Of a DNA stretch of 64,000 nt, positions 11,980 through 26,623 are shown piece by piece. This DNA is from Octopus sinensis (taxonomy: Eukaryota): positions 58,094,001-58,158,000 of the forward strand of contig NC_043001.1 in NCBI RefSeq assembly GCF_006345805.1, given 5' to 3'. The translations under genes were made by a program, and so were the position numbers. Position 1 is the stretch's first letter; each line of letters starts with the position of its first letter. Below the pieces are notes generated by a model. That model was not told the origin of the DNA, did not search any database, and saw nothing but the letters and a program-made list of their open reading frames with translations.

Positions 11980-12036
11980 AGGCGCAAGTGTTGCTGTGTG
12001 GTAAGAAGCTTGCTTCCCAACAGTATGGTTCAGTGC
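11980..12036 (+). mobile_element. 5' head of tRNA-derived SINE abutting the U6 3' end
   Basis: ggcgcaagtgttgctgtgtggtaagaagcttgcttcccaac matches the heads of the SINE copies at 17325 and 62060. Confidence 0.75.
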
Positions 12037-12941
12037 TATATTTATGCATCTGAATGCCGTCAGGTTAATATTTGTCTAAAATATAGAAAAAAGTTTCATG
12101 CGAGGACTGCCGAATCATAAAATAGACATATTTAAAATATACCTAAGTTTACAAGCGTGAGCATTAATAATTTAAGAATATGATACAAATAAAAAGAAAA
12201 CCAAAATTCAAATAGATAAAATGAATTAAATAAGCAAAACAATTACAACGGTCATAGAATATTCTCACACATTTTTAATAATATTAATCTAAAGATATTT
12301 TAGTCCAAAACAATCACTGCCCATTTTTCTTATATAAAATCTAAATATGTTAAGAACTTATAGTGGAGTAGGAAATATATTTTTAAAAATTTCTATATAC
12401 TATTAAGAAAAAGTAAATGAGGATATATTCTATTCAGACAGGAAACACATAAAAAAATTTTAATCAGCAATTCCATAATTCAAAAAGTTTGTTTCTGAAT
12501 ACGCCGATATTAAACAAATTATTATTATAAAATTACTATTTCTTACATAAAAATGATAATATAAAATAAATAAATTATCAGAATTTGACTTACATTTACA
12601 GAGTAAGCCAATAGCTTTATATTTCAATAATATTTATGCGCATACAAGTTCGAAAGAAAATAGGAGGATGATATATGCTAAATATTGTAGGGTCTACGAG
12701 AAATATTCAGATATGCATAATTATTCAAAAAGATATATAATTATATTTAAGAGATATTGTAATTTATTTATGCGTAATAATATAAACATTATTGTTTGTA
12801 ATTCATGAGTGAATAGCACAAATTTACTGTGTTTATAAAAAGAAAATAGCCACTTTAAATCAAAGTTTATAAATTTATACCTTCATTGGTTACGGAAAAA
12901 ATAATTAGAAATATATATATATATCCATATTTGCACATATC

Positions 12942-13005
<64 letters not shown>

Positions 13006-13129
13006 TATATACACATATCTACATACATATATATATATATATATTTATGTAGGTATATATACGTATATATATATATATAAATATATACATATATAAATAC
13101 TTATATATACATACGTTTATATAAACACT

Positions 13130-13620
13130 CTCCTCTGTGATGTTCGGCGCTGCATCTAACACGACTTATCGTCTGAACTTTTAATCCCTCCTGCACGTTT
13201 GTTGACCTACATCACTCATAAAGTAAATTTGAAGGAAATCTTGTCATTCGTTTGTGGGTAATAGGGAAGCAATGGGTGGAATGACGTGCCCTTGATCTTT
13301 AAACGTCGGCATAAATCCATATTCAACTATCTTCTGAGATGCACCAAAAGACGTCATTTGAAATGCAGACTGTATTGTCTGATATTGTTCAGAAATGCTT
13401 TGACTGAATAGAAGTGCCTTCCAGAAGATCCTGCAGTATGCCCTTGCTGATCTTGAGAAAGTCTCATTTGACTTCTGTCTTGAGAACCAATTGCGCTTGC
13501 GGATATTCAGAAAGTGTCATCTCCCTTCTATCCTGAGACTCTCCCCTTAGGTTTTCTACAATCCTCCTTGCTTTATACTTGTTTCTGGAAAATTACGTCT
13601 TTTCTTTGCTGGCATATTTT
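13130..13620 (-). mobile_element. Helitron Rep N-terminal remnant
   Basis: Minus-strand FLNNIRQY / AFQMTSFGA / GFMPTFKDQGHVIPPIASLLP / FLQIYF match the conserved Helitron NIRxYNSAFQMTSFG...GFMPTFKIQGQVYHRIGSLLP...FLQIYF block. Confidence 0.8.
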
Positions 13621-13789
13621 TTCCATATTAAATACAAAATTATGAACATAGGTAAAAATTATGCATTAATCTCTATTTTGGTATGTAGTTTTTTGCATGT
13701 AGTATGTCTTCATTTTTATATAAATTAACAAAATTTAAGCAAATTAAGCAAATAGATGCACATATATGAACTGGTAATTTAACGGTAAA

Positions 13790-14250
13790 TGTAATTGTTA
13801 ATGTATATATTAAGCACATGTATTAAATGTGAATTTAAGGATAAATATGTAATTGCAAATAGCTTGCAACCTTGCAACTGCTGCGATAATTATCATCTGG
13901 TAATTGAGCGGTAAATGTGCATTTTTAAATACCTTGGACCTACAACCTCATTGTTCTTTGTCCAGAGTTTCACGTCCAGCCGTTCGTTATGTCAGTCAAC
14001 AAGCATACACTGACATTTCTAGATGTATTTCTTAATGCGTTTATATTAAGTGCATGTATTAAATGTTGATTTAAGGGTAAATATGTGACTGTAAATACCT
14101 TGCTACTGCTGACATAATTATTAACTGGTAATTGAAAGGCAAATGTTTATTTTTATATACCTTGTACCTGCTACCACATTATTATTTCCCAAGAGTTTCA
14201 CCTCCAGCCATTATGTCAGTCATCACACATACATACACTGACACACCATT
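13790..14250. repeat. Diverged tandem duplication of about 235 bp, probably Helitron subterminal repeats
   Basis: tatattaagc/tgcatgtattaaatgt...ctggtaattga...agagtttcac.tccagcc...atacactgaca occurs twice. Confidence 0.75.
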
Positions 14251-14891
14251 CCGCTGTCGTGGCTGTAGAGACGGAAAGTTGACAATGCGTAATGTTGCTC
14301 ACATTAGGATATAAATTATTCATTTATTTGAAATATAATATAAATAAGATGATCTTAGTGTTAACACATTAGAAAAAAAAAGTAGAGAATAAAAGCGAAA
14401 TAATATTATGTTTAGGATTAAAAGTGAAACAATATTATAGGCTTATCACATTAGCATTAAAGGTGAAAGAATAAGTGAAACAATATTATATCACATTACA
14501 ATATAGATGTTTTTCTTTCGCTTTTGACACTGAATACCGAACTAGTGTCAATGTTGTATTGTTTTAATCTAAAAGGATAAAAAATGCATGTTGACACTCA
14601 CGTGGTCTGATCTTTTACCTTGTAAAATTTGATTTCATTTGGTCGAACCGTTTCAGAATGCATAGGGACCAGACAGACAAAATAAGACAAGGTGGAAAAT
14701 GCTAAAATAGTTTTATTATAAAATTGATTTTGTAACGGCTTGTACCGGTCTCTATATGACTTTTTCAACTAAGAGTAAAACAAAGGTGGATATTAATTAA
14801 AAAGAAAAAGAATTAAATTGAAAAAAATATTAAATGAAATCTATTGTAAATATTACCATAATCTTCAAATAGGTAGGACATGTTCCTTTTT

Positions 14892-14976
<85 letters not shown>

Positions 14977-15059
14977 ACACAAAGGAAACGAGCGCATTCA
15001 GGCAGAACCTATACTTGATATCTGGAAAATATTTTTTTCACGAATCAAACAATAATCTC

Positions 15060-17200
15060 CAGAACCAGGAATGATAATATATTAGATCTCTGTTGCTCCA
15101 GCGTAGATTTTATCCACAATGTGACGGTATAACCTAAAATCTTCTCAGACCACAACACGATAGAACTGACAAGGTATGATTCAAAACCAATTAATGAGGT
15201 ATTTCACATGGATGACACGTACAATTTATGCTGCCCGAACGTCTACAAAGCTGACTGGAAGTCGATTGAACAACAGATTAGCCAGCAAAAGTGACTTAAA
15301 AGCGTCTCTACGCTAGACATTGATGTGAAACTTCAAGAATTCAGGCCAATAATGTAAGCCATATGCTTTAGATTTGTCCTAGAGAAGAGAACCACTACTA
15401 AAACAGTTTTCCTTGAGACTGGAGAGTCCTTATGAGACAGAGAATAAAAATGCAAAATGTCCCCCCTCAAAAAGGCGATTCTAGATGACGACAATAAACT
15501 CAAACACTCCCATGAAAAAGAAAGGGTAGAAAGAGAAATTAATGTTGTTGAAATTATGAAAATAAATCCCCAAAACCTTCTACAAGTTTGCGAAAAAGTC
15601 TGCCTCGGTGCCCTACAAGATAGGGCCACAGTTTGAAGAAGCTAACACCAAGAAGTTAAGTGAAGTGCAAAATAAACAATTCCAGATTGTCTTCATCTCT
15701 CAGCTGAGAAACATGCCAATAAGCGAGTATAAAGAGTTTTTCAACTCTGCACAACTATACGGTAAAGAGGCAACAATTGACTACGTCGATATAAAAGAGG
15801 AAGACGTAATACCGGCCAATGATGAGATGAACTCAAACTCAGCAACGGGGCCCAGATGGATTTCGCGCTGTTCCTCTGAGTACATGCAAAAAAGCTCTCG
15901 CAATATCAGTACGGACAGATTTTCAGTGTTTATTTTTATATGGCAAACTTCCCAAAAGGTTAAAAGAAGGTATCACATATCCTGTCCATAAAGGAGGAAG
16001 CAGAGCAGAGGCTAAAAATTACAGGCCTATTTCTGTGACTGCACATGCTAGCAAGGTAATGGAACTCATTGTCGGAAGGAGATCGATCACGTCCTAAGAA
16101 GAGAATAACTTGCTCATAAACACGTAACATAGTTTCCACCTGTGGAGGAAGTGTCTTACACAGCTTGTACAACGTAACAACTGGATACTGAAACAACAGT
16201 CAAACCACACAGATGTGGATGAGATACATATTGACTTTACGAAGGCATTTCATTAAGTTGACCATGGAATGATATGCCACAAATTACATGACCTTGGTAT
16301 CGTTGGAAAACTAGGAGAGTAGATACATGCATTTTTTAAATGACAAAAGTCAGACAGTCGCAGCAAATATTGGAGAAACATCAGTCAGCAGCGGAGTCAC
16401 TCAAATAACTGTATTGGGAGCACTGCTGTTTGCGGTGATTCTCTTAGATATTCCCTCTGCCGTAGAGTCAATCACTCTCACCACTATGTCGTCAAATATC
16501 CTGACAACACACTAAATCTACGAAACGACCTGCGTGCAATATACACATGAGCTGACAAAATAACTTGTAGTTCTATGCTGAGAAGTTTCAAGCAATGCAC
16601 TATCAGTCCCCAAACTGATAGAATTGGTGTGTGACCTGGGAATCCACATGTGCCTATTACCATGATGCAAGCGTTGGGCAGGCGAGTAGATGGGTTGATC
16701 CTTAGAACATTCAGAATCAGAAATATGGAGAGCTGGCTACTCGTATGGAAATGTAATGTTCTCAGTTTTCTGAATTACTGATCACAACTGTGGTCAAAGT
16801 AGAGTATCAAACTTGTCGCGGATCGTAAGGCAATTTAACGCCATTTCACAAAAATGACTGATTCTGTGAAACTGATGAGCTACAACGAGAGGCTAAAAGA
16901 TCTAAAGCACTAACAACTAGGCGAGAATGATATGCAGATATATACATATGGAAGATTCTGGAAAGTGTGGATCACAAGTTAGGAAGTTTAAAGCTATTCC
17001 ATCCACCGATCTGAAAGGTCACCGCATAATACCAAAGAACCCGTTTTCTCCATCTCGAATAAGAACCCAGCACTACAAAAGCTTGGGTTTCAGGGGACCA
17101 CAATTGCTCAACATCGTTCCAGATGACCTAAGGCGTTTACAAGGTGTGGATGTGTAGATCGTCAAAAAGCACCTGTAGAAACTTCTGTCCCCAAAAAGTA
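15060..17200 (+). mobile_element. Older CR1/L2-group LINE remnant (EN end, RT, C-terminus)
   Basis: Fragments NILDL/SDHN, KADWKSI, NYRPISVT..SKVMELIV, YIDFTKAF, SGVTQITVLGALLF and SLGFRGPQLLNIVP. Many stops. Confidence 0.8.
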
Positions 17201-17324
17201 TATATGTATATATATATATACACGCACACACACATATATACATACACACACACACACACACATATAAATACTCGCATACATATAAACACATTTATATATA
17301 TATGTATATATACAATTATATATA

Positions 17325-17695
17325 TATGGATGTTGGTAAGTAGCTTCCTTCACAACCACATGTTTCTGGGTTCAGTCCCACTGCGTGGCACCTTCGACAA
17401 GTGTCTTCTACAATAGCCTCGAGCCGAACAAATCTTTATAAGTAGATTTGGTAGACGGAAACTAAAAGAAGCCTATTGCATATATGCAAGTATATGTGTG
17501 TCTGTGTTTGTCCTTCATTATCACGTGACAACCGATGTTGGTGTGTTTACGTCCCCGTAATTCAGCGGTTCGACCAAAGACCCTGATAGAATAAGTACTA
17601 GGCTTAAAAAGAATATGTCCTTCATGTATTTGTTTGCCTAAAGGCGGTGCTCCAGCATGGCCGCATTCAAATAACTGAATTAATTGAAAGAATAA

Positions 17696-17700
<5 letters not shown>
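17325..17700 (+). mobile_element. Full-length octopus tRNA-derived SINE
   Basis: tRNA-like head (tggtaagtagc...gggttcagtccc), core gatttggtagacggaaactaaaagaagc, tail aggcggtgctccagcatggccgc. Partial copies at 32215, 45900 and 62060. Confidence 0.85.
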
Positions 17701-19330
<1,630 letters not shown>

Positions 19331-19499
19331 CATATATATGCATATATATTCAACGTCTTTATGCGTTTGTATACACACTTTAACCATCATATATACAATG
19401 TACAATTTATAGATGGGCATGTCGTGGTTTTTCTTGGATATACATTTCCTATAAACCTGCTGTCTGAAAATCAACGGGGGGGGGGGTAAAATTTATCCA

Positions 19500-20010
19500 A
19501 ATTCTTGGCCCATTGTAATGTGTTGTACTTACAGCCGCATACTTATTTCTACTCTATCTCCCCCGATTTATTGGAAACCAAGAATAATAAAATAACCTGG
19601 AGTTGTAAAGAGGAGCAGGGCTGTACAAAATTTCGGAGTGTACAGTTGAAGCAAACTTAAATTGAAATAATACTTTTGTCTATAATGTGCAATGTACTTC
19701 AGCGCAGCCTCTAACCACTCAGCAATGTATATACATCCAATGTGATACGTAGAAGGCTAATTTGATTTAATTATGTAGTCACAGTTTTATCCAGCCCGGC
19801 GGTTATACGTAATATAAGTAAATGTCAATATAAGTTAAACTTTCATTGCAGACATGGGATTTGAATCAGATAGTAAAAGAAATTTTAATCAATGAAATTT
19901 TATTAGATAAACACAATCCATATGTTTGATATTAAAACTGATTCTTACTATCAAACCAATCCCTTCATATGCAATGATAGACCCGACCACATAAACAGTA
20001 GGCGACATAA
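19500..20010 (+). pseudogene. Decayed LRR-like remnant ending in an LRRCT-like NPFxC motif
   Basis: YFYSISPDLLETKNNKITW, FRSVQLKQT*IEII and YYQTNPFICND (ORF 19922). Interrupted by stops and frameshifts. Confidence 0.35.
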
Positions 20011-20143
20011 ATTAGGTACTTGCTGCAGTTTAAAAGTACAAATTTGTATACAATTGTCAATACACAAAGCCGAACACAGGCACACACGCACATACGTGCA
20101 CACACACATACACACACATATATAAATATAAACGTATATATGT

Positions 20144-20221
<78 letters not shown>

Positions 20222-20506
20222 TATGTACATATGTACATACATATCTACATGCACATATATATGCAATTTACAAAGCTCATATCTATACTTTCTGAGAAGA
20301 TATATTGTTAAATATAATCATATCTTCATTGAAAATAGGAAACTTTTATGCCGATGCCGTTATCAGTTATAATGTGTTCTGGGGGTTATTCAATGTATAC
20401 CCACGTTCGTATGTATGTATGCAGTTTCATACTTATCGAATCTAATTTAATATCTACGGATTTTCTTTTCTAACAAACATGGCATATCAATAGATATGAA
20501 TACGTA

Positions 20507-20538
<32 letters not shown>

Positions 20539-21203
20539 ACTCTGTGTGGTGTGTGTGTGTGTGTGTGTGTGTGTGTGGTGGTGTGTGTTCACCATAACCA
20601 TCGTCATCATAATTATTGAGGTTTCATATTGCTTTCTGTGTAAAAGAATGTCCAAGACTAGTTTGACGAGAACAAGGAGGAATTCCAACAGCACTCCGCG
20701 GAAAGGGAGATAAACAGATGTTACATAAATAAACCACAAGATTAACGTTTTTAACATGACTTGTTATCAAGTCCGAATCCGTAATGTCGAACAAATTCAG
20801 AAAAATAAATGGTAGGTAAATATTTGTTGAGTTATAAACATTATTTCCCGGAAAGAAACCATTGTTTTTGCCTCCCAGCAACAGAAAAATCGAAGTCATG
20901 ACTTACAAAGTATCGTAGGACACAAAAGGAACATGTTACCCAAAAATAAAAGATATAAACCTAAATTCGGGAGCAGGCATGTAATTAATCAAACATACAG
21001 ATACTCGTATATGTGTGAGTGTTAGACTCATTTTGATTTATTAGTTACCAGAACAACCTTAGAAATGCCACGAAAGATGGGAAAAATTACATATGATTCA
21101 GGGCTCTAGAATCGACTATGCCAGAGTAAAGAAATCCAATTTGATTTATATGTTGTGATTTGATTGGTGATCTTGAGGTGAATAACATTGGAAAACTTGA
21201 TAA

Positions 21204-21611
21204 TATAATCAGTCAGCTATAATCTCATCACTCTGTAAAGATTTTCTTAATGACAAATACTTCACAGGGTTTGATGTCACTGGAAATCATCTTGAGCTGG
21301 TTCCCATAAATCAGAACTGTAGTGTATATGATTCATGGAAGAAGAGTCCTTAGAATTTACATAGGGCCAGAAGGCTTGGTATTCCCGTTTTTCTGTTCTC
21401 TAGTTTAGGCAAGGCAGAACGTGTGTCATACCGCTCACTATGCTATTTATACACAAAAGAAAACATGTCATTTGGAAAACCTTGAAATGTAGACAAATAC
21501 AATGCAGGACGAACATTGACAACAGGCATCACTTTAAAAAAGCAAAAACGTTTTCACTCTGACGCAGCAGTAAGAGGTAGTGTTTGTAAAATAAGGAGAA
21601 TATTCTATCAT
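21204..21611 (+). pseudogene. LRR coding remnant: 136-codon frame with two internal stops
   Basis: FTGFDVTGNHLELVP (21261-21305) fits LxxLDLSGNxLxxLP; SYRSLCYLYTKENM fits xxLxxLxLxxN. Stops at 21351 (TAG) and 21483 (TGA). Confidence 0.5.
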
Positions 21612-22532
21612 TAATTGCCAATATTTGCAGGAATGAATCTTTTACAAGTACACGGAGGCAAGGACCTTAGCCACATTTAGATACATCAAGGTAAACAACT
21701 CCTTAATTAAGTGGCATATGATGTCGCATGTATGTATGCATGTATGTGTATATACATGTGTGTGTGGGTATATGTGGGTAAATATATGTGTGTGTGTGTG
21801 TGTATTATGTATCTGTATAAATAAATATATATATATATAATTGTGTATTTATGTATTAATACACGAAAGAGGTGACATTTCACAGGACACATTACAGGTT
21901 AGAAAGGGCAAGCAAAGTTCAAACCAAGAGTAAAAGCAATTTCAATGGGACTGAAATTAAAGACAAAATATGTTTGTAGTTACCCTCAGACTCGATTTTC
22001 TGTATGCAAATAAATCATTTTGCCATCTGTACTTCATCAGTGAACCTTTCTGGTCGCAGTTTTATTTATTTTTTTTTAATTGCTGCCGAATGTAACTACG
22101 CTTCCGCAGTGGATTTGAAAATTATTCTGTATAAGTATACAGCACGTGTAATTGCGTTGTTATTTGCTGCATAAATATGCATTAATTTTAGCGACCTCAC
22201 TCAAGAAGTACAGATAGCAAATTAATTTCTTTGCACATTGATACAGAAATTTAAAAAACTTTCTTTCCCTTTCAAATTGGTTTTATTTGTGGTTTGGGTT
22301 TGACAGCATTTTATAGCATGTAAGGTGTCCTGTCAAAGGTAACCTCTTTTGTGTAAAATAGGTAATTTGTTTATACATTATTATATATGGAAATATGTTT
22401 ATATATATATATATATACTATACTATACTATACTATTATATATGGGAAAATGTGTATATATAAATATATACATATATATATGTATATATATATATAGATA
22501 AGAAAGTTGGTTTGTGAAAGCACGTGGGTGAA

Positions 22533-23988
22533 TATATAAAAAATAGTAAAGAGTGAAAAAACGACAGAAATCTTAAATGTTAAAAAATATATATATTTGC
22601 GTCAATATGTCTGAAGAATATAAGAAAATTTTTTAAACAATTTTTTTTTCCTTTATAATGACATAATTTTTAAAGAAAGACCGGTTTCGCATTTAGCTTT
22701 TCAAATTTCTTGTGACGTTATGTTTATGTTTAATAGAGTTATCCTTGTGTTTAAGCTTCGGAGAGTTCTAAATAAGGGAAGGTAGTGGGTGATTTCTTCC
22801 GGTGTAAGGGAGATAATCGCTTAAAAAATTTTTTCCTTTCCCTTAATGTGAATTTCTCTGTATCAGTATGTTCGGATGGTTGAGTCTGGGCTTGTACTTT
22901 TCAATGAAGAATGTTTCCTTGTTTAGTCTAATTTGTGTTGATGATCCGAAAGCACATTGGTAAAATGGAAAGATTAAAAATTGTGGTAGTAGTTGCTTTG
23001 CGCATTTCTCAATGTGCTCACTAAAAGGTATCATTCTATATTCTGGGAATGCAATCTGTTGTCGATGCAGTGTGCATCTACGTCTGAGTGATAGTCCCGT
23101 GGAACCCACGTAGTCTTGGTGGCAGCCCGAGCATTTTATGACATAAATTATGTTTTCAGAGGCACAAGTAAAGTTAGATTTGATCTTGAATTTCTGTCCC
23201 TCTTTAAAGAGGAATTCTGATCCTTCTAGCAGGTTAGGACATGTTGCACAGTTCGATCAACCACATTTTTTTACTTTTGCATCCGTAATTTCAGAAGACA
23301 ATTTTTGCCTTTGTGAGAATCTTTTTAAGTGATTTAGGCTGTTTGTAGCTTTTAATGATTTGGTGCATGTTTAGAATTTCCTTTAATTTGGGGTTTTTAT
23401 GAAGTATTGGTAAATTCTGGGTGATGATGGTGAAGGCTTCTTTATTTCTGGGGTTGTATGTAGATATGTAAGGTAGTATTTTCGGGGAAGGTGTGTTGTT
23501 GTGTTGAACTTTTCTTAAAGTTTCTATGTTGATTTCTGTTGCACGTCTGATCCCATCCTCTATGAGTTGGCTTTCCGATCATCAACACAAATTAGACTAA
23601 ACAAGGAAACATTCTTCATTGAAAAGTACAAGCCCAGACTCAACCATCCGAACATACTGATACAGAGAAATTCACATTAAGGGAATGGAAAAAAAAATTG
23701 AAGCGATTATCTCCCTTACACCGGAAGAAATCACCCACTACCTTCCCTTATTTAGAACTCTCCGGAGCTTAAACACAAGGATAACTCTATTAAAAATAAA
23801 CATAACGTCACAAGAAATTTGAAAAGCTAAATGCGAAACCGGTCTTTCTTTAAAAATTATGTCATTATACAGGAAAAAACATTTGTTTAAAAAAATGTCT
23901 AATATTCTTCAGACATATTGACGCAAATATATATATTTTTTAACATTTAAGCCTTCTGTGGTTTTTTTCACTCTTTACTATTTTATAT
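22533..23988 (-). mobile_element. 5'-truncated Penelope-like element with about 420-bp inverted terminal (pLTR) arms
   Basis: 22533-22952 is the near-perfect reverse complement of 23571-23988. The core encodes GIY-YIG endonuclease GCHQDYVGSTGLSLRRRCTLHRQQI...SEHIEKC...KETFFIEKYKPRLN on the minus strand. Confidence 0.9.
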
Positions 23989-24108
23989 ATATATTATATA
24001 TATATTATATATATATATATAATTATATATATATATATATATATCATATATATATATACATATATGTATATATATATATATGTATATAAATATATATATA
24101 TATATATG

Positions 24109-24178
<70 letters not shown>

Positions 24179-24259
24179 GTACATACATACATACATATAC
24201 ATATATATAGATATATATATATATATATATTATATATATAGATAGAGAGAGAGAGAGGG

Positions 24260-24420
24260 AGAGAGATGAAATTTATAGGAAAACAAAAGACGAAAACAGG
24301 TGTGTGAAAAACAAAACAAATTATTAGTTTGACGCTCGGGAAAATGAAAAATTATTTTACGTTTCGAGCCTACACTCTTCAGCAAGAAACAGGAGAGAAA
24401 AAATCTTAGCGTCACTCAGT
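24260..24420 (-). mobile_element. Penelope-type terminal fragment with degenerate hammerhead motif
   Basis: Minus strand ctgaagagtgtaggctcgaaacgtaaaa. Related to 31985-32019 and 49533-49568. Confidence 0.55.
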
Positions 24421-24889
24421 GTCATACTTGTCAGTCTTATATAGTTATGTCCACAAACTGTACATACATATCTCAGATAGCAGACTGGTTTCGACCATTA
24501 TCGATCCAGGCCATGACAAACTCAATAGCACCACCTGGATAAGTCGTGATATATATACATATATATGTATATGATAGATAGATATAGATAGATATAGATA
24601 AATATAAATAGAATGTGTATGCATAATATTTATATTCAATTCTTATTTACATTTGCAAATCACATATCGTACTTTTCTTGATTTTTTATCTATGAATGAT
24701 CTACTACGCGTCGGTCACCATAGTAATATTTGATCCCTTTATAGAGTGTTTGAGTGTCGGTTTGGTGTCTGGATGAGATAGCTTACCTCATGGTCAGGTA
24801 GATGTTCTTTAACCTTTGAAGGTATTCTACCTACGAGAAGGAAATCTCTTAAATAAAACCTGAGTCCTTGGAGATTCCTGGTTTTTTAC

Positions 24890-25940
24890 TTCACTCTTTA
24901 GGTAACTTTTATACGCTGACGATTGCAATATTATCAGTAATTCTGAAACATTTCACTAAGCTTTTGATGATTTTGGTTTGACCATCAACTTGCAAAAAAT
25001 AGTCCTGCATGCGGGTAAGTTACTTGACGTTGTCGATTCGTTCATCTAACTTTCAAGCTCTGTACAATATTATGAAAACCTTGTAACAGAAATACATCTG
25101 CAAACTCAAAGGGCAGCAAAAGCATTTGGTGGCTTGGAGTCTCACGTTTGATGCCAGCGACGTGTATATAAAAGAATACAAAGCTAGCTCTTTACAAATC
25201 ATTTGTCTTACCATCTCTGTTGTATTCTTGTGAAAGATGGACCTGTTATGAAAATCATTTTAAATTGTTAGATTTCTTCGCATTTACTGCAAACACAGAT
25301 CTCTTTGCACCAGCAGGAATCATCTCATTTAATCTTGTGATTCTTGAGGAACCAAATAAGATGGTGTAGCCATATCGTTAGAATGCCGAAACGAGTTTGC
25401 AGAGGGGAAATGCTATCGGCGTAAATATTAAAAACTTTTTAAGGACGACATAAGGACTGCTATGAAGTCATTTGGATTGGATCAAAAAGACATAGAAACC
25501 CTTGCTTCGGATCGAGCTGGATGGCGAAAATAGTGTGGAGTGGAGTGAAAGTGTTTGAAGAGGCCAGGATAAGCAATTGGGACTCAAAAGAGATCTAAGA
25601 AAGAATGTTACGATCGAAAAGGTAAATGGCAAAGACCTTTTTGTGTGCACAATCTGTGACAGACCATGCCTTTCATTTACTGGGCTCAAATCTCATTTGC
25701 GAACTTATGGAAAACGAACCTCCCCCACCTATTCTGCCTATATGCCTGTGCACACATTTGAAAACAGTGTATGCGACAAAGTGTGCAAATCTAACGGATG
25801 TCTCAAAAGACATGTTAAGATCCACTAAGATCAGAACTTATTTGCAGCTCTTGGTGGTCCAAATCGGAAATGCAGTCTATGTGGGTGTCTTTTCAGAACA
25901 TTGCCTGGTTTAAAAAGCCACATCAGATGTCATGATGGTT
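24890..25940 (+). mobile_element. RTE-clade LINE 3' remnant ending in three C2H2-like zinc fingers
   Basis: FGLTINLQK, AAKAFGGL, CERWTCY, WCSHIVRMP, FKDDI and LASDRAGWR (RTE C-terminal motifs), then fingers at 25646-25708, 25763-25825 and 25871-25933 in one frame with a single TAA at 25826. Confidence 0.8.
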
Positions 25941-26017
25941 CTAAGGTGGTCAAACTCTGCATGAGGAATAGACAACAACAATATATATATATATATATAA
26001 TATATATATATATATAT

Positions 26018-26064
<47 letters not shown>

Positions 26065-26155
26065 ATATATATATTGTGGTTTTCTATATATTATATATAT
26101 TGTGGTTGTCTATTCCTCATGCAGAGTTTGACCACCTTAGAACCATCATGACATA

Positions 26156-26623
26156 TAGAGTGGTGTATACTGTCAATTTAACTTGACAATAGGGGATTAC
26201 ACCACCGCTGTTTAGCCCTAGGAAGCATCGACGCTTCCTGATGGCTTCAACACATTTTTCCTGTGTCCTTATATATTTACGAAGGGGAGACAAACACCCC
26301 CAGCAGCCAGGCCTGCATCTAGAGACACGCATGTTTCAAGATCTTTGTCCATCATCGGCCTAGAGTAGCAGAAGCCCGCCAGCTGCAGATATCTGTCCCG
26401 ACTTCGCAAATATATATATCTAATTTTCAGTGAAGTTTATTCCCTGATTACCAAAATCAGAAGTATTAAAGTTCTAAATATCTCAGAGAGATATGTACGG
26501 TGGTGGGGCGATAGAATGGTTGTATACTGTCAATTTAACGTGACAGTAAGGGATTACACCACCGCTGTTTAGCCCTAGGAAGCATCGACGCTTCCTGATG
26601 GCTTCGACACATTTTTCCTAGGT

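Noticed and set aside
21348-21488. Idea that the TAG/TGA stops are recoded to Trp by A-to-I editing, making the LRR frame functional
   Set aside because: Attractive for a cephalopod, but P-x-N is explained by LRR periodicity with ordinary nonsense mutations. Neighbouring segments have frameshifts that editing cannot repair, and there are no RNA data.
26156-26276. Resemblance of ttacaccacc / gccctag / agggg to twister ribozyme core elements
   Set aside because: There is no room for the P1 helix between the GGG and UAAC-like segments. Kept only as a generic structured-RNA candidate.
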